Translations under genes and position numbers: made by a program
The notes under the pieces: generated by a model
Databases searched by the model: none
Told to the model about the DNA's origin: nothing
Seen by the model: the letters and a program-made list of their open reading frames with translations, nothing else
In this document: positions 1-9,271 of the stretch, in pieces
Position numbering within the stretch: the stretch's first letter is position 1
Layout of the letters: each line of letters opens with the position of its first letter
From: Candidatus Marinacidobacterales bacterium
GTDB lineage: Bacteria > Acidobacteriota > Vicinamibacteria > Marinacidobacterales > SMYC01
Direction of reading: 5' to 3'
DNA length: 64,000 nt
Assembly (NCBI GenBank): GCA_965237955.1
Contig: OZ250169.1
Coordinates: 6,464,001-6,528,000 of the forward strand

Positions 1-996
1 GATAGCACGTTTCAAGGCAACTCTAGGTCGTACCCGGAAGGAGGACGATCTAGGAAATGGCAGCTAAGAGGTTATCGATGAGAAAAATACGAGAGGTTCT
101 AAGGTTAAAGTACGAGCTGGGTTTTACTCACCGCATGATCGCAAAGGCACTTCGCGTGGCGGTTGGAACGGTGAGTGAGTACCTGGCCAAGGCGAAGAAG
201 GGTGGTCTGAGCTGGCCGCTCCCGGAGGAGCTGAGCGACGGGGAGCTGGAGGCAGGGCTGTTTCCGCCGCCGGGCTCGTCTGGCGCACGGCCGGGTCTGG
301 ACTATGCCCACATCCACGAGGAGCTGAGGCGTCACCGAGAGCTGACGTTGCTGCAGCTGTGGGTGGAGTACGCGGAGAATAAGCCGGGAGCGTACGGCTA
401 CAGCCGTTATTGCGAGCTGTACGGTCAGTGGAAGAAGAAGCTGAACCCGACGATGCGTCAACGGCATCGAGCAGGCGAGAAGACATTCGTCGATTTTTCG
501 GGGAAGAAGCCTCACATCGTCGATCCGAAAACGGGAGAGCTCGTCGAAATGGAGCTGTTCGTCGGGACGTTGGGCGCGAGCAGTTACACCTACGTCGAAG
601 CGACACTGAACCAGTCGCTGGAATCGTGGGCGAAGGCCCATAAGGGGATGTCGGATTACTTCGGTGGCAGTACGGAGATCTGGGTTCCGGACAACTTGAA
701 GAGCGGCGTGGATTTGGTGGACCGTTACGAGCCAGGGATCAACCGGACGTACGAAGAGCTGGCGACGCATTACGGTGCGGTTGTGGTCCCGGCTCGGGTG
801 TTCAAGCCGAAAGACAAAGCGAAGGTGGCGTCGGCAGTGCAGGTGGCGCAGCGCTGGATCCTGGCGGTGCTTCGTCATCGCACGTTCTTCAGCCTTGGCG
901 GAACTGAACGAAGCCATCTGGGAGAAGTTAGAGGTCCTGAATGCGCGTCCGATGCAGAAGCTCGGTGTGAGTCGGCGGGAGTTGTACGAAAGGCCA

Positions 997-2179
997 GTCC
1001 CCTGGATCTTTAATTACTGTCCAAATTCGATTTGCCATGTGTATCGAGCGTTCGCTGGGCGAACCGAGCGATGGTTTCGAGGATTCGGTCGGCGGATTTC
1101 GTCCACTTGAACGGCTTTGGGTTCTCGTTGTGAGCATCGAGATAGTCTTGTATCGCAACGCGGAACTGAGGCACGCTCGTGTGCGAGCCTCGTCGCAAGG
1201 CGTGTTCGGTGAGCAAGCCAAAGAAGCGCTCAGCGAAGTTGAGCCAAGAGGCGTGTGTCGGTGTGAAGTGAAAGTGGAACCGAGGTCGCTTGGAAAGCCA
1301 GCGTTTGATCGCCGGTGTCTTGTGCGTGGCGAGATTGTCGAGCACGACGTGGATGTCCAACTCGCTGGGAACGGCTGCTTCGATCTCAGCGAGGAACTTC
1401 TTGAACTCTAGCGCTCGATGTCGCGCGTAGCACTTTCCGAAGACTTCACCTGTTGCGGCGTCGAGTGCGGCAAACAGGTCAGTCGTTCCATGCCGAATGT
1501 AGTCGTGGGTTTGTCGCTCGGGCTGGCCCAAGCTCATGGGCAGGACAGGTTGAGCACGCTCGAGCGCTTGAATCTGCGATTTCTCGTCGACGCACAGGAC
1601 GACCGCGTTATCCGGTGGGTTCATATACAGGCCAACAACGTCGCGTACTTTTTCGACCAGTTGTGGGTCTTGCGAGAGACGAAACGATTCCGAGCGGTGC
1701 GGTTGAAGCCCGAACGTTCGCCAAATACGTCCAATCGTCGAATGACTCAGCCCAAGATGCTTGGCCATCGAGCGCGTACTCCAATGGGTTCTCCCCTTTG
1801 GAGTCGTCTCCAGCGTCTTGGTCACGACTTCCTCGATCTGGTCATCGCCGATTTTGCGAGCCGCTCCCGGCCGAGGTTCGTCGTACAACCCTTCCATTCG
1901 TTGTTCTACAAAGCGTCTTCGCCACTTGCCCACCGTGCTCCTCATGGTGTGCATCTTCCTAGCAACTTCCATATTCGTCAGACCCGCCGCGCAATCCAGC
2001 ACGATCTTCGCTCGGAAGGCTTGGTGCGGCGAACTACGGCTGCGTCGCGCCAGTCGCGTCAGCGCTTCGCTTTCTTGAGACGACAGCTTCAATTCGGCTT
2101 TTCGCCGGCCCTTGTGTTTCATGCATTTAGCAGATCACAGAAGGGCCGGTGTTGTCTAGCTTTTTCTGTTCCAGGGGAC
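997..2179 (-). mobile_element. IS630-family element, copy 1 (1183 bp)
   Basis: 10-bp TIR GTCCCCTGGA/TCCAGGGGAC; inserted at a CTAG site with TA duplication (left copy reads CA); near-identical copy at 42137-43319. Confidence 0.95.
1010..2122 (-). CDS. IS630 transposase
   Basis: HTH N-terminus, '[10 protein letters not shown]', 'VLDNLATHK', '[10 protein letters not shown]' DDE motifs. Confidence 0.95.
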   Translation of the reverse strand: MKHKGRRKAELKLSSQESEALTRLARRSRSSPHQAFRAKIVLDCAAGLTNMEVARKMHTMRSTVGKWRRRFVEQRMEGLYDEPRPGAARKIGDDQIEEVVTKTLETTPKGRTHWSTRSMAKHLGLSHSTIGRIWRTFGLQPHRSESFRLSQDPQLVEKVRDVVGLYMNPPDNAVVLCVDEKSQIQALERAQPVLPMSLGQPERQTHDYIRHGTTDLFAALDAATGEVFGKCYARHRALEFKKFLAEIEAAVPSELDIHVVLDNLATHKTPAIKRWLSKRPRFHFHFTPTHASWLNFAERFFGLLTEHALRRGSHTSVPQFRVAIQDYLDAHNENPKPFKWTKSADRILETIARFAQRTLDTHGKSNLDSN

Positions 2180-2792
2180 TAGGCCGGCCCGTACTGAAAC
2201 CGCTACCGCAGGAGAGCTACGAGTTATCGACGTGGAAGCGGTGCAGAGTGAACATCGACTACCACGTGGAGGTGGAGAACAACTTGTACAGCGTTCCCTA
2301 TCAGCTCATTCACGAGAAAGTCGAGGCACGGGTGACGGCCTCGGTGGTGGAGGTCCTGTTCAAGGGAAAGCGCGTCGCGTCGCATCCCCGCAAGAAAGGA
2401 AAGGGGCACTACTCCACGAACCCGGAGCATATGCCACGTTCGCATCGGGAGCACCTGGAGTGGACGCCGTCGCGGCTGCTCCACTGGGCGGAGCAGTCAG
2501 GTCGCGCCACGGGAAGGCTGGTTGCGGGGATTCTAGAGAGTCGGCCTCACCCGGAGCAGGGATTTCGCTCTTGCCTGGGAGTCATGCGACTAGGCAGCCG
2601 CTGGGGCAGTGAGCGTCTCGAGGCCGCTTGCGCACGAGCGGAAGCTTTGAGCTCTTACAGCTATCGCACGGTGAAAAACATTCTCTCGGCTGGTCTGGAT
2701 CGTGTGGTGCTCGAATCGGACGCCGAAGCGAAACCGCGAGAGGAGCACGAGAACATCCGAGGCGCGGATCACTACGAAGGAGGAGAGTCCCG

Positions 2793-3546
2793 ATGCTGAC
2801 ACCCGAAACGATAGAAAAGATGAACGCCATGAAGTTGTTCGGCTTGGTGTCCGCGTTCGAAACCCAGTTGAGCTCGAGCGAATACAAGGAGCTGAGCTTC
2901 GAGGAACGTGTGGGACTCCTGGTCGATGCCGAGTGGACCGCCCGCGAACAGCGTAAGCTTTCTCGACGACTGCGAGCGGCAAAGCTCCGCTATCCGGCAT
3001 GTTTGGAGAACGTGAACTTCCAAGCGCCTCGAGGCTTAAACCGCGAACAGATCTTGAGCCTGGGCAACTGCCGCTTTGTCGGTGAGCGCCATAACCTGCT
3101 CATCACCGGCCCGACGGGGATTGGCAAATCGTTCTTGGCTTGCGCCTTCGTGGAGCGGGCCTGTCGTCGCGGCTTCACCGGATGCTACGTGCGAGCACCG
3201 CGCTTGCTCCACGAGCTCGCGGTCGCTCGTGGTGATGGTTCCTACGCCAATCATCGATAGCCAGTAAGTCCGGCTTTTGACGAAACTCGCCAAGCTGCTT
3301 CACCCGCTGAAAGAATCGGAGAGACGGGATCTAATGGAGGTCATCGAAGACCGCGCCGAGCGTGGCTCCACACTCATCGCGACCCAGATTCCGCTCAAGC
3401 AGTGGCACGAAGCGATTGGCGACCCAAACCAGGCAGACGCTATCTGCGATCGCATTCTCCACAGCGCGCACCGCATCACTCTCAAAGGAGCTTCTCTGAG
3501 AAAGACCAAGGCTGCGCCAAAGGCATTTGACAACGCCGATGCATGA
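2793..3546 (+). pseudogene. istB: IS21 helper ATPase IstB, Walker B scrambled
   Basis: 'LSFEER', Walker A GPTGIGKS, C-terminal 'ADAICDRILHSAHRITLKGASLR'; stop at 3258-3260 inside a 22-nt inverted insert. Confidence 0.9.
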
Positions 3547-3970
3547 GCGAGCGAGGGACCACAGCGTCGATGCGATAAAAACGGGTGAAACCGCCAAACC
3601 CGGGGTACCAGACGATGCGGCGCCAAAACGACGCGCGAGAATGCCTCAGGAAGCGTCTTCTCGAGCCAGGCCATACCCCAGCAACCCCCCGAAACCAGCC
3701 CCACATCGCCCGGGGTTCGGCCGCGGCAGGTCGCTGCCTACGGGAGCGGGAAGGTCGCTTCGCGTCTTTCCTTACGCCCGCTCCCTCCGGCACCGACCTG
3801 CCGCCCCTTGCTACACAACACGCAGGTAAGATAGGTTCACGTTTTCAATCAGTGGAAAGGAGGTCACCCAACACTTCATCGCTTCGATGAGCGTTCGGCT
3901 TCACCGGATTCGCTGTTCAGCTTGCTCTGGATTCGGCGTTCACGATGGCTGGAATACGCAGTCGGGGAAA

Positions 3971-4534
3971 ATGATTTTCGTCAAAGTCGTCATTTGCGTA
4001 CTCATAGCCGACTTGCTCTCGGGGTTCTTCCACTGGCTCGAGGATGCCTACGGACGGGAGCACTGGCCGATCACGGGGAACCTGATCACCAAGCCGAACA
4101 TCCTGCACCATTATCAACCCGTCTACTTCACGCGACACGGTTGGTTCAAGAGTGCCGACTTGCTCCTGGTCATAGGGGCCGTCGTGCTTTTCGCGGCTTG
4201 GTTGCTGAACAGCTTGAACTGGGAGGTCGTGTTGGTTGTCGGAATCAGCGTTAACGCCAACGAGATTCACAAGTGGGCGCACCGAACCCCACGCCAGAAC
4301 GGCCGGCTGATCTCCTTCTTCCAGGACGTCGGGATGCTACAATCCCGAAGCCATCACACTCAGCATCATCGGGCGCAGAAGAACACTCACTATTGTGTAA
4401 TAACCAACTATCTCAACCCTGTACTTGAGGCAGCCGGTTTGTGGCCTTTTCTGGAACGCTTGATCTTGCTCGTTCTTGGAGTCGAGAGGCGTCCGGATCC
4501 CAGCGTTGTCGCAGCGGAGCTGCGAGCGGCCTGA
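3971..4534 (+). CDS. CarF/TMEM189(PEDS1)/FAD4-family lipid desaturase
   Basis: His boxes ADLLSGFFHWLEDAYG, LHH, NEIHKWAH, HHTQHH and YCVITNYLNP; ATG 11 bp after the IS21 right end. Confidence 0.85.
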   Translation: MIFVKVVICVLIADLLSGFFHWLEDAYGREHWPITGNLITKPNILHHYQPVYFTRHGWFKSADLLLVIGAVVLFAAWLLNSLNWEVVLVVGISVNANEIHKWAHRTPRQNGRLISFFQDVGMLQSRSHHTQHHRAQKNTHYCVITNYLNPVLEAAGLWPFLERLILLVLGVERRPDPSVVAAELRAA

Positions 4535-4537
4535 TGT

Positions 4538-4767
4538 GTCGCAGGCTCATCTTCTGCGCCGTCCAGTCATGTTCTGCCCCAAAAGTTGTGGACGAACCTA
4601 GCCGCCTTGACGCGCGGCTCCGCGGTCTCTTGACCCCTGCTCGCCGTAGGGCTGCTTCAAGGCCCCGTTCGATGCCGTGTGCACGAGAACGATTTCGGCC
4701 GTCAGGGGTCCTCGCGGGAGGTTCGTCCACGCTTTTGGGAAATCCGCGCAGAAGATGAGCCTGCGAC
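4538..4767. repeat. 230-bp fold-back / MITE-like element
   Basis: Perfect 22-bp terminal IR GTCGCAGGCTCATCTTCTGCGC (4538-4559 / 4746-4767) plus nested internal IRs (4578-4599 / 4719-4739; 4632-4639 / 4703-4710). Confidence 0.8.
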
Positions 4768-5159
4768 CCTCCGGGAAAAGCGCGGTCGATCCCCAGTCAA
4801 TTCTTGACTAAGCTAGGAGACTTCCACTCAGGCGGAATCTCCCTTCCGAGGGATTGAAGCAGCACGATCTCCTCCGCGCTGAAGAAGATGTCGAAAGCGT
4901 CGTGGAAGTCCTTGCTGGTGATAGGCCGGTTGGCCTCCCTGGGCCACGCTCCGGGCCATGAGCAGAAGCTTAATCAGCTTCTGCCCGGGATGAGTTTCCT
5001 CCCTCAATCCGAAACGGACAAAAACAGAATCTCACGATCGAGATCAGGCAGCATGACTAACCTTTTTCGCGATAACTATCTTGACATTCACCGCTTTGAC
5101 AATGCGGCCTAAGGCATCCATCCTAGAGGTCCAAAACCCCTCGGAGTCAGGAGGCGATA

Positions 5160-6290
5160 ATGGAAAAACTCCTTATGGTGGGCGTGGGCGAGGTGGGACG
5201 CTATGTCCTCGAATTTTTCGCCCGCTCCGAAGCACCGGTTGAACTGGTGGCTGGAGACGTGGATGGAACCCGGGCCGAGGCCGCTGTCAACCAGGCCATC
5301 TACGGCGCGAACCATCACGGTCAACATCCCCGCATACGCGCGGTCACCATTGACTTGAAAAATGAAGACCAAACCGCGGAACTGATCCGCAAAGTCAAAC
5401 CCACCGTCGTGATCAACTGTGCCGTCTTGCAAACCTGGCATACAATACGAAGATTACCCAATCCCATTTTTGAAAAACTTAGCTCAGCGACATTGGGAGC
5501 CTGGCTTCCGGTGCAGTTGTCTTTGGCTGGAAGATTGGGGAAAGCTCTCAAGGCTTCCGGCGAAAAGGCCCATTACGTCAATGCATCGTTGTCCGATCTG
5601 ACCAATCCGGTCTTGCATCGAGCCGGTTTGAAACCAACGGTAGGAGTAGGGAATGTGGATTTGATTGTACCTGCAGTCCAAGCACTGGCGGCAAAAAAAC
5701 TTCAGATACCCACCACCCACGTAGAAATAAGCCTTGTGGCTCACCACGTCCATTGGGTTTATCCGAGAGAGCCAGGATACAAAGACGGTGCACCGTTTCA
5801 TTTACGTATTCTTGCCGATGGTACGGATGTGACCGACAAGTTTGATCTCGCTCAAATCATGATTGATGCGGTCCGGAGTTATCCAAGTGGTACTGGCTTT
5901 ACGAGTGTATCTGCATCCTCCACCCTAAAAATCGCTCTGGCCTTGGCGTTAAATAAGGCCATTGATACGCATGCTCCCGGTCCCAATGGCTTAATGGGGG
6001 GCTATCCCGTCCATATCGACGGCAGCGGAGTGCGTTTGCGTCTTCCCGACGGCATCACTGAGGAAAAAGCTATCGATTTGAATGAACGGGCCGGTCAACA
6101 CGACGGCATCGAACGCATAGACCCGAACGGAACAGTACACTTTAGAGACGACACGGTTCAAATTATGCAGGAAGTGTTGGGCTTTAACTGTCAAGAATTC
6201 TCATTTCATGAGGTGGATAATTTGGCTCAAGAACAAATCACTAAATATAAGGCGCTTGAAAAAAAACACATGCGTAATGTAAGCATTTGA
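5160..6290 (+). CDS. Rossmann-fold (saccharopine dehydrogenase-like NAD(P)-binding) protein of unknown function
   Basis: N-terminal VGVGEVG motif, GGAGG RBS, 'HAPGPNGLMGGYPV' motif; visibly lower GC than the flanks. Confidence 0.65.
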   Translation: MEKLLMVGVGEVGRYVLEFFARSEAPVELVAGDVDGTRAEAAVNQAIYGANHHGQHPRIRAVTIDLKNEDQTAELIRKVKPTVVINCAVLQTWHTIRRLPNPIFEKLSSATLGAWLPVQLSLAGRLGKALKASGEKAHYVNASLSDLTNPVLHRAGLKPTVGVGNVDLIVPAVQALAAKKLQIPTTHVEISLVAHHVHWVYPREPGYKDGAPFHLRILADGTDVTDKFDLAQIMIDAVRSYPSGTGFTSVSASSTLKIALALALNKAIDTHAPGPNGLMGGYPVHIDGSGVRLRLPDGITEEKAIDLNERAGQHDGIERIDPNGTVHFRDDTVQIMQEVLGFNCQEFSFHEVDNLAQEQITKYKALEKKHMRNVSI

Positions 6291-6767
6291 TCATGCTTGA
6301 GCCCGAAACACGGTAGATTGGTTGTTGTGCTCTGATCAACCGCCTTCGGAAATCGCGTACCCGCGATTGTCTCAACGACTAACTCGCCGCGACGCAAGCT
6401 AGGTCGGCAAGGCCATGAATTCAACTTTAAGACTATTGAAACGACGGGGAAAAGGTCGAGCAACGTCTGAAGCTACGACGAAATTACGGGCTACAGGATA
6501 CGACCGCGGCTGAGAGGTGGCTCAACAAGCGTGGTTGGGAGGACTGGGGCTGACTCACGCGTCGGCGTCAGCGGTAGTACGATGGTCCTGGCGAGTCTAG
6601 ATGAATCGCGAAGCAGCAACCGCGATGACAAAGAACACTCCGAATCGGCGCATGACCTATTCCGCCCTTCGATCGGAGTCGCTCAGATAGAGAAGAGATT
6701 CTACGCCAAGGATTGCGGTAAATCGAGGACGAGGAGCCTATCTACAGCCGGTTTCATCCGTCGGCCC

Positions 6768-7480
6768 GGAGGTGCCCCCACCATAGTTGAAGGTTCGAGG
6801 TGGTGGCGGCTCCTGACACATGGTTTACCCGACTTTGGCGTGCTTGTCGAGCGCTTGATTCTCAGTGACCTCCGCTAACTTCGCTTCGAGGATCGGTAGC
6901 GATTGGTATCCAATGATACGACGGAAATTTTTCTCCGTGGCGAGCAGAGCCGAAGCGGCCCATCTCAGAACCATCTTGCCATTGCGCCAGCGGGTGACGC
7001 GACGGGTACGACCTCGCGCACCGCTGAAGCACGACTCGATGATGTTCGTCGATCCAAGGCAGCGTTTCAGAGATGCGGGGAGGTCGAGCTCGTTGATGGT
7101 GAACATCTCGTCGAGCCCCTCCCGGATGCTCTCCGCCGCCGAGGGGTAGTCGTCCTCGAGCCACTTCGCCTGTTGCTCCAACCGCGCTTTGCCCTTCTTT
7201 GCTGGGAGCTGCCAGGCCGAACGCAGGCTCGCTTGCACTTGCGGCTTCAGCTCCTGCGGCAGATAACCGAGCACATTGCGCTCCTTGTGCTTCCTGCAAC
7301 GCTGGACCTTGTTGTGGGTACCGAACACAGCGTCGACGGCGACCCGTAGCGCCTTGGAGCCATCGATCACGAACAGCCGACACCGCTCTGGGCTCAGGCC
7401 TCGTTCGACCAGGTCCTCCAGCAGCGCCTTGCACACTATCTGGTTCTCCGATGCTCCATCCCGAAGCCCCAGAACATGCT
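6768..7480 (-). mobile_element. Truncated IS256-family copy (one end plus 3' half of the transposase)
   Basis: Matches 18165-18877 essentially base for base, then fuses to an IS5 end. Confidence 0.9.
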
Positions 7481-7566
7481 CGGGATGCCTGATAGCGAGA
7501 TGATCGGATGATGGGAGTCGGGGCCAAGCGAGCTCTCGGCCTCTATCGGAGTTGTGCACCAAGGCA
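7478..7566 (+). mobile_element. IS5-family terminal fragment
   Basis: Reverse complement of 9272-9360 (one mismatch seen), including the IR GAGTTGTGCACCAAGGCA. Confidence 0.9.
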
Positions 7567-7687
7567 TCGAGTCGCAGGAACTCGCGGGCGATGCGGACGC
7601 TCGACCTATACGTTCGACCGAGGTCTGCGCGACGACGAGCGCTTCGAGTACTAGCTTGCTGCCTGTCGGATTCGTAGAAGTTCGAGC

Positions 7688-8902
7688 TCAGCCCTCGTAA
7701 AAGATCCGCCAGATTTTATCGCCGCCATCGTCGCTCACTAGCATTGAGCCGTCGGGGAGCTGTAGCAATCCCACGGGTCGTCCCCAGACTTCGCGCTTCG
7801 TGGGATCGAGCATCCAGCCGTTGAGGAAGCTCTCCGGGCCGGACGTGGGCTCGGCGTTCTCGAACGGGATGAACACGACTTCGTAGCCGATGCGCTCGGC
7901 GCGGTTCCATGAGCCGTGGAGTGCCAGGAACATTCCGCCGCGATATTTTTCGGGAAACTGGTCGCCGGTGTAGAAGAGAGTGTCCAGCACGGCGACGTGA
8001 GCAGCGAGCAGTACGTCGGGATACAACGTGCTCGCGACTTCGGCGGGGTCGATGTTGTCGTGACGCGGCTCCGGGTGCGGCCCGATGTAGGCGTTCGGCC
8101 ACCCGTAGTGCCCACCCTCTTCGATTTTCACGACGTAGTCGGGGACGAGGTCGTCACCGAGGTGGTCACGTTCTTGCACTGCCGCCCATAAATCGTTCGT
8201 TCCAGGATACCAGCGCAGACCAATGGTATTCCGAAGGCCGGTCGCCACGGTTTCGTGGCCACTGCCGTCGGGGTTATAGCGATGCAGCGCGGCCCGTAAG
8301 GGATCTTCACCTTGATCGATGTTCGAGCCCGAGCCGACGGTGACGTAGAGCTTCGTCCGGTCTTCGTTGAACAGCAACGTTCGCGTCCAATGGCCGCGTC
8401 CGAGCCCTTCGTAGGAGATAATCTCCTCGCCCTCCTTGTGTTGCCCGGTGACCTTCATCGTCGCCGAGTCGTAGCGATAGCGTTTTACCGATTCCGGCTC
8501 CCCGACGTAGAGCCATCCGTCGTGAAGCTCGAGCCCGTACGGCAGATTGAGCCCGTCGAGGATCTTCGACTTCGAGCCGTCTTTCAGCACGTAGACGTCG
8601 CCGTTCGATTCGTCACGGGAGCCGCTGTCGGTGAGAAGGATCTCGCCCGCGCCACCGTGCATCATGAAGCGAGGGCGGTTGAACCCGCTCATGTACTCCT
8701 CGATCTTGAATCCCGAGGGGAGACGCAGCTCGGCGCCCTCGGGCCGGGAGATGACTTCCGCGCTGTTCCGGGCGGATTCCGTATGGAACGGCTTCGGGAG
8801 CTCTTTCCAGTTGACGGGCCGATCGTTCGTGAGCGTCTGCGCCAGGGCAGTGCCACCAACGACGAGCAGGGCTAACGAGGCAACGAATGCGTTTTTGAGC
8901 AT
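7688..8902 (-). CDS. Secreted PQQ-dependent glucose/sorbosone dehydrogenase family protein
   Basis: Signal peptide; 'GHWTR', 'GLRNTIG', 'ERDHLGDDLVPDY', 'HGSWNR', 'GRPVG', 'SDDGG' motifs. Confidence 0.88.
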   Translation of the reverse strand: MLKNAFVASLALLVVGGTALAQTLTNDRPVNWKELPKPFHTESARNSAEVISRPEGAELRLPSGFKIEEYMSGFNRPRFMMHGGAGEILLTDSGSRDESNGDVYVLKDGSKSKILDGLNLPYGLELHDGWLYVGEPESVKRYRYDSATMKVTGQHKEGEEIISYEGLGRGHWTRTLLFNEDRTKLYVTVGSGSNIDQGEDPLRAALHRYNPDGSGHETVATGLRNTIGLRWYPGTNDLWAAVQERDHLGDDLVPDYVVKIEEGGHYGWPNAYIGPHPEPRHDNIDPAEVASTLYPDVLLAAHVAVLDTLFYTGDQFPEKYRGGMFLALHGSWNRAERIGYEVVFIPFENAEPTSGPESFLNGWMLDPTKREVWGRPVGLLQLPDGSMLVSDDGGDKIWRIFYEG

Positions 8903-8924
8903 GGCATCAATATTATAGATCGTG

Positions 8925-9230
8925 TCACCAGTCGAAGCCGAGCATGAACTGGAATGTGCGGGCGAACCCTAAAACGTTCGTGATTCTCCCGAAATTTCCT
9001 GTGCCAAAACGAGTTTGAGGACCGTCGAAATCGGGTCTGTCGAACACGTTGATGATCTCGAGCCTGAACGTCGTGCGCACCCGGGAATCCGTCGAGGCGC
9101 GTCGCCGAACGTGAACGCCTCCGCCTGGCTCCACGCATGAGAGCGCTCCCGTGCCACAGGTTTCCTCCACGTCGGTGGACCGTGTTGAAAACCCCGCCGC
9201 CGGTCCGGCCCATCTCGGAAGAATATAGGG
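8925..9230 (-). pseudogene. Collapsed remnant of an Oar-like TonB-dependent receptor
   Basis: Plug-region motif 'YSSEMGRTGGGVFNTV..GGNLWHGS' joined to C-terminal motifs 'AFTFGDAPR' and 'RLEIINVFDRPDF...FGRIT...RTFQF..RFDW-like' in different frames. Confidence 0.7.
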
Positions 9231-9271
9231 ATGTCAACCGCGCCAAAGTGTGCGACGATGTTAAAAACACA

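Larger units (their letters stand above)
57..2799 (+). pseudogene. istA: IS21 transposase IstA, with a frameshift near 895 and split by IS630
   Basis: MRKIREVLRL N-terminus, 'FVDFSG', 'VPDNLKS', 'KPKDKAKV'. The frame resumes after the IS as RPVLKPLP...DYHVEV...HENIRG. Confidence 0.9.
1..3960 (+). mobile_element. IS21-family element (left end outside the window), disrupted by IS630
   Basis: istA + istB arrangement. The right end has three repeated GTTC..GGA(T/A)T motifs (3893-3960) and ends ...GGAATACGCA, typical of IS21. Confidence 0.9.

Noticed and set aside
3887-3970. Longer N-terminus for the desaturase given by the ORF track
   Set aside because: These codons lie in the IS21 terminal repeats; ATG 3971 is the plausible start.
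4795-4975. AGTCAA-TTC-TTGACT palindrome and a short protein-like minus-strand tail (..DFHDAFDIFF..EWKSP)
   Set aside because: Too short to assign; probably another eroded remnant.
6290-6767. Long intergenic stretch with a signal-peptide-like fragment near 6600-6653 (minus strand)
   Set aside because: No sustained ORF, repeat or structure that I can support.
6825-7562. 245-aa ORF as a novel transposase
   Set aside because: Artefact of the IS5-end/IS256 fusion.
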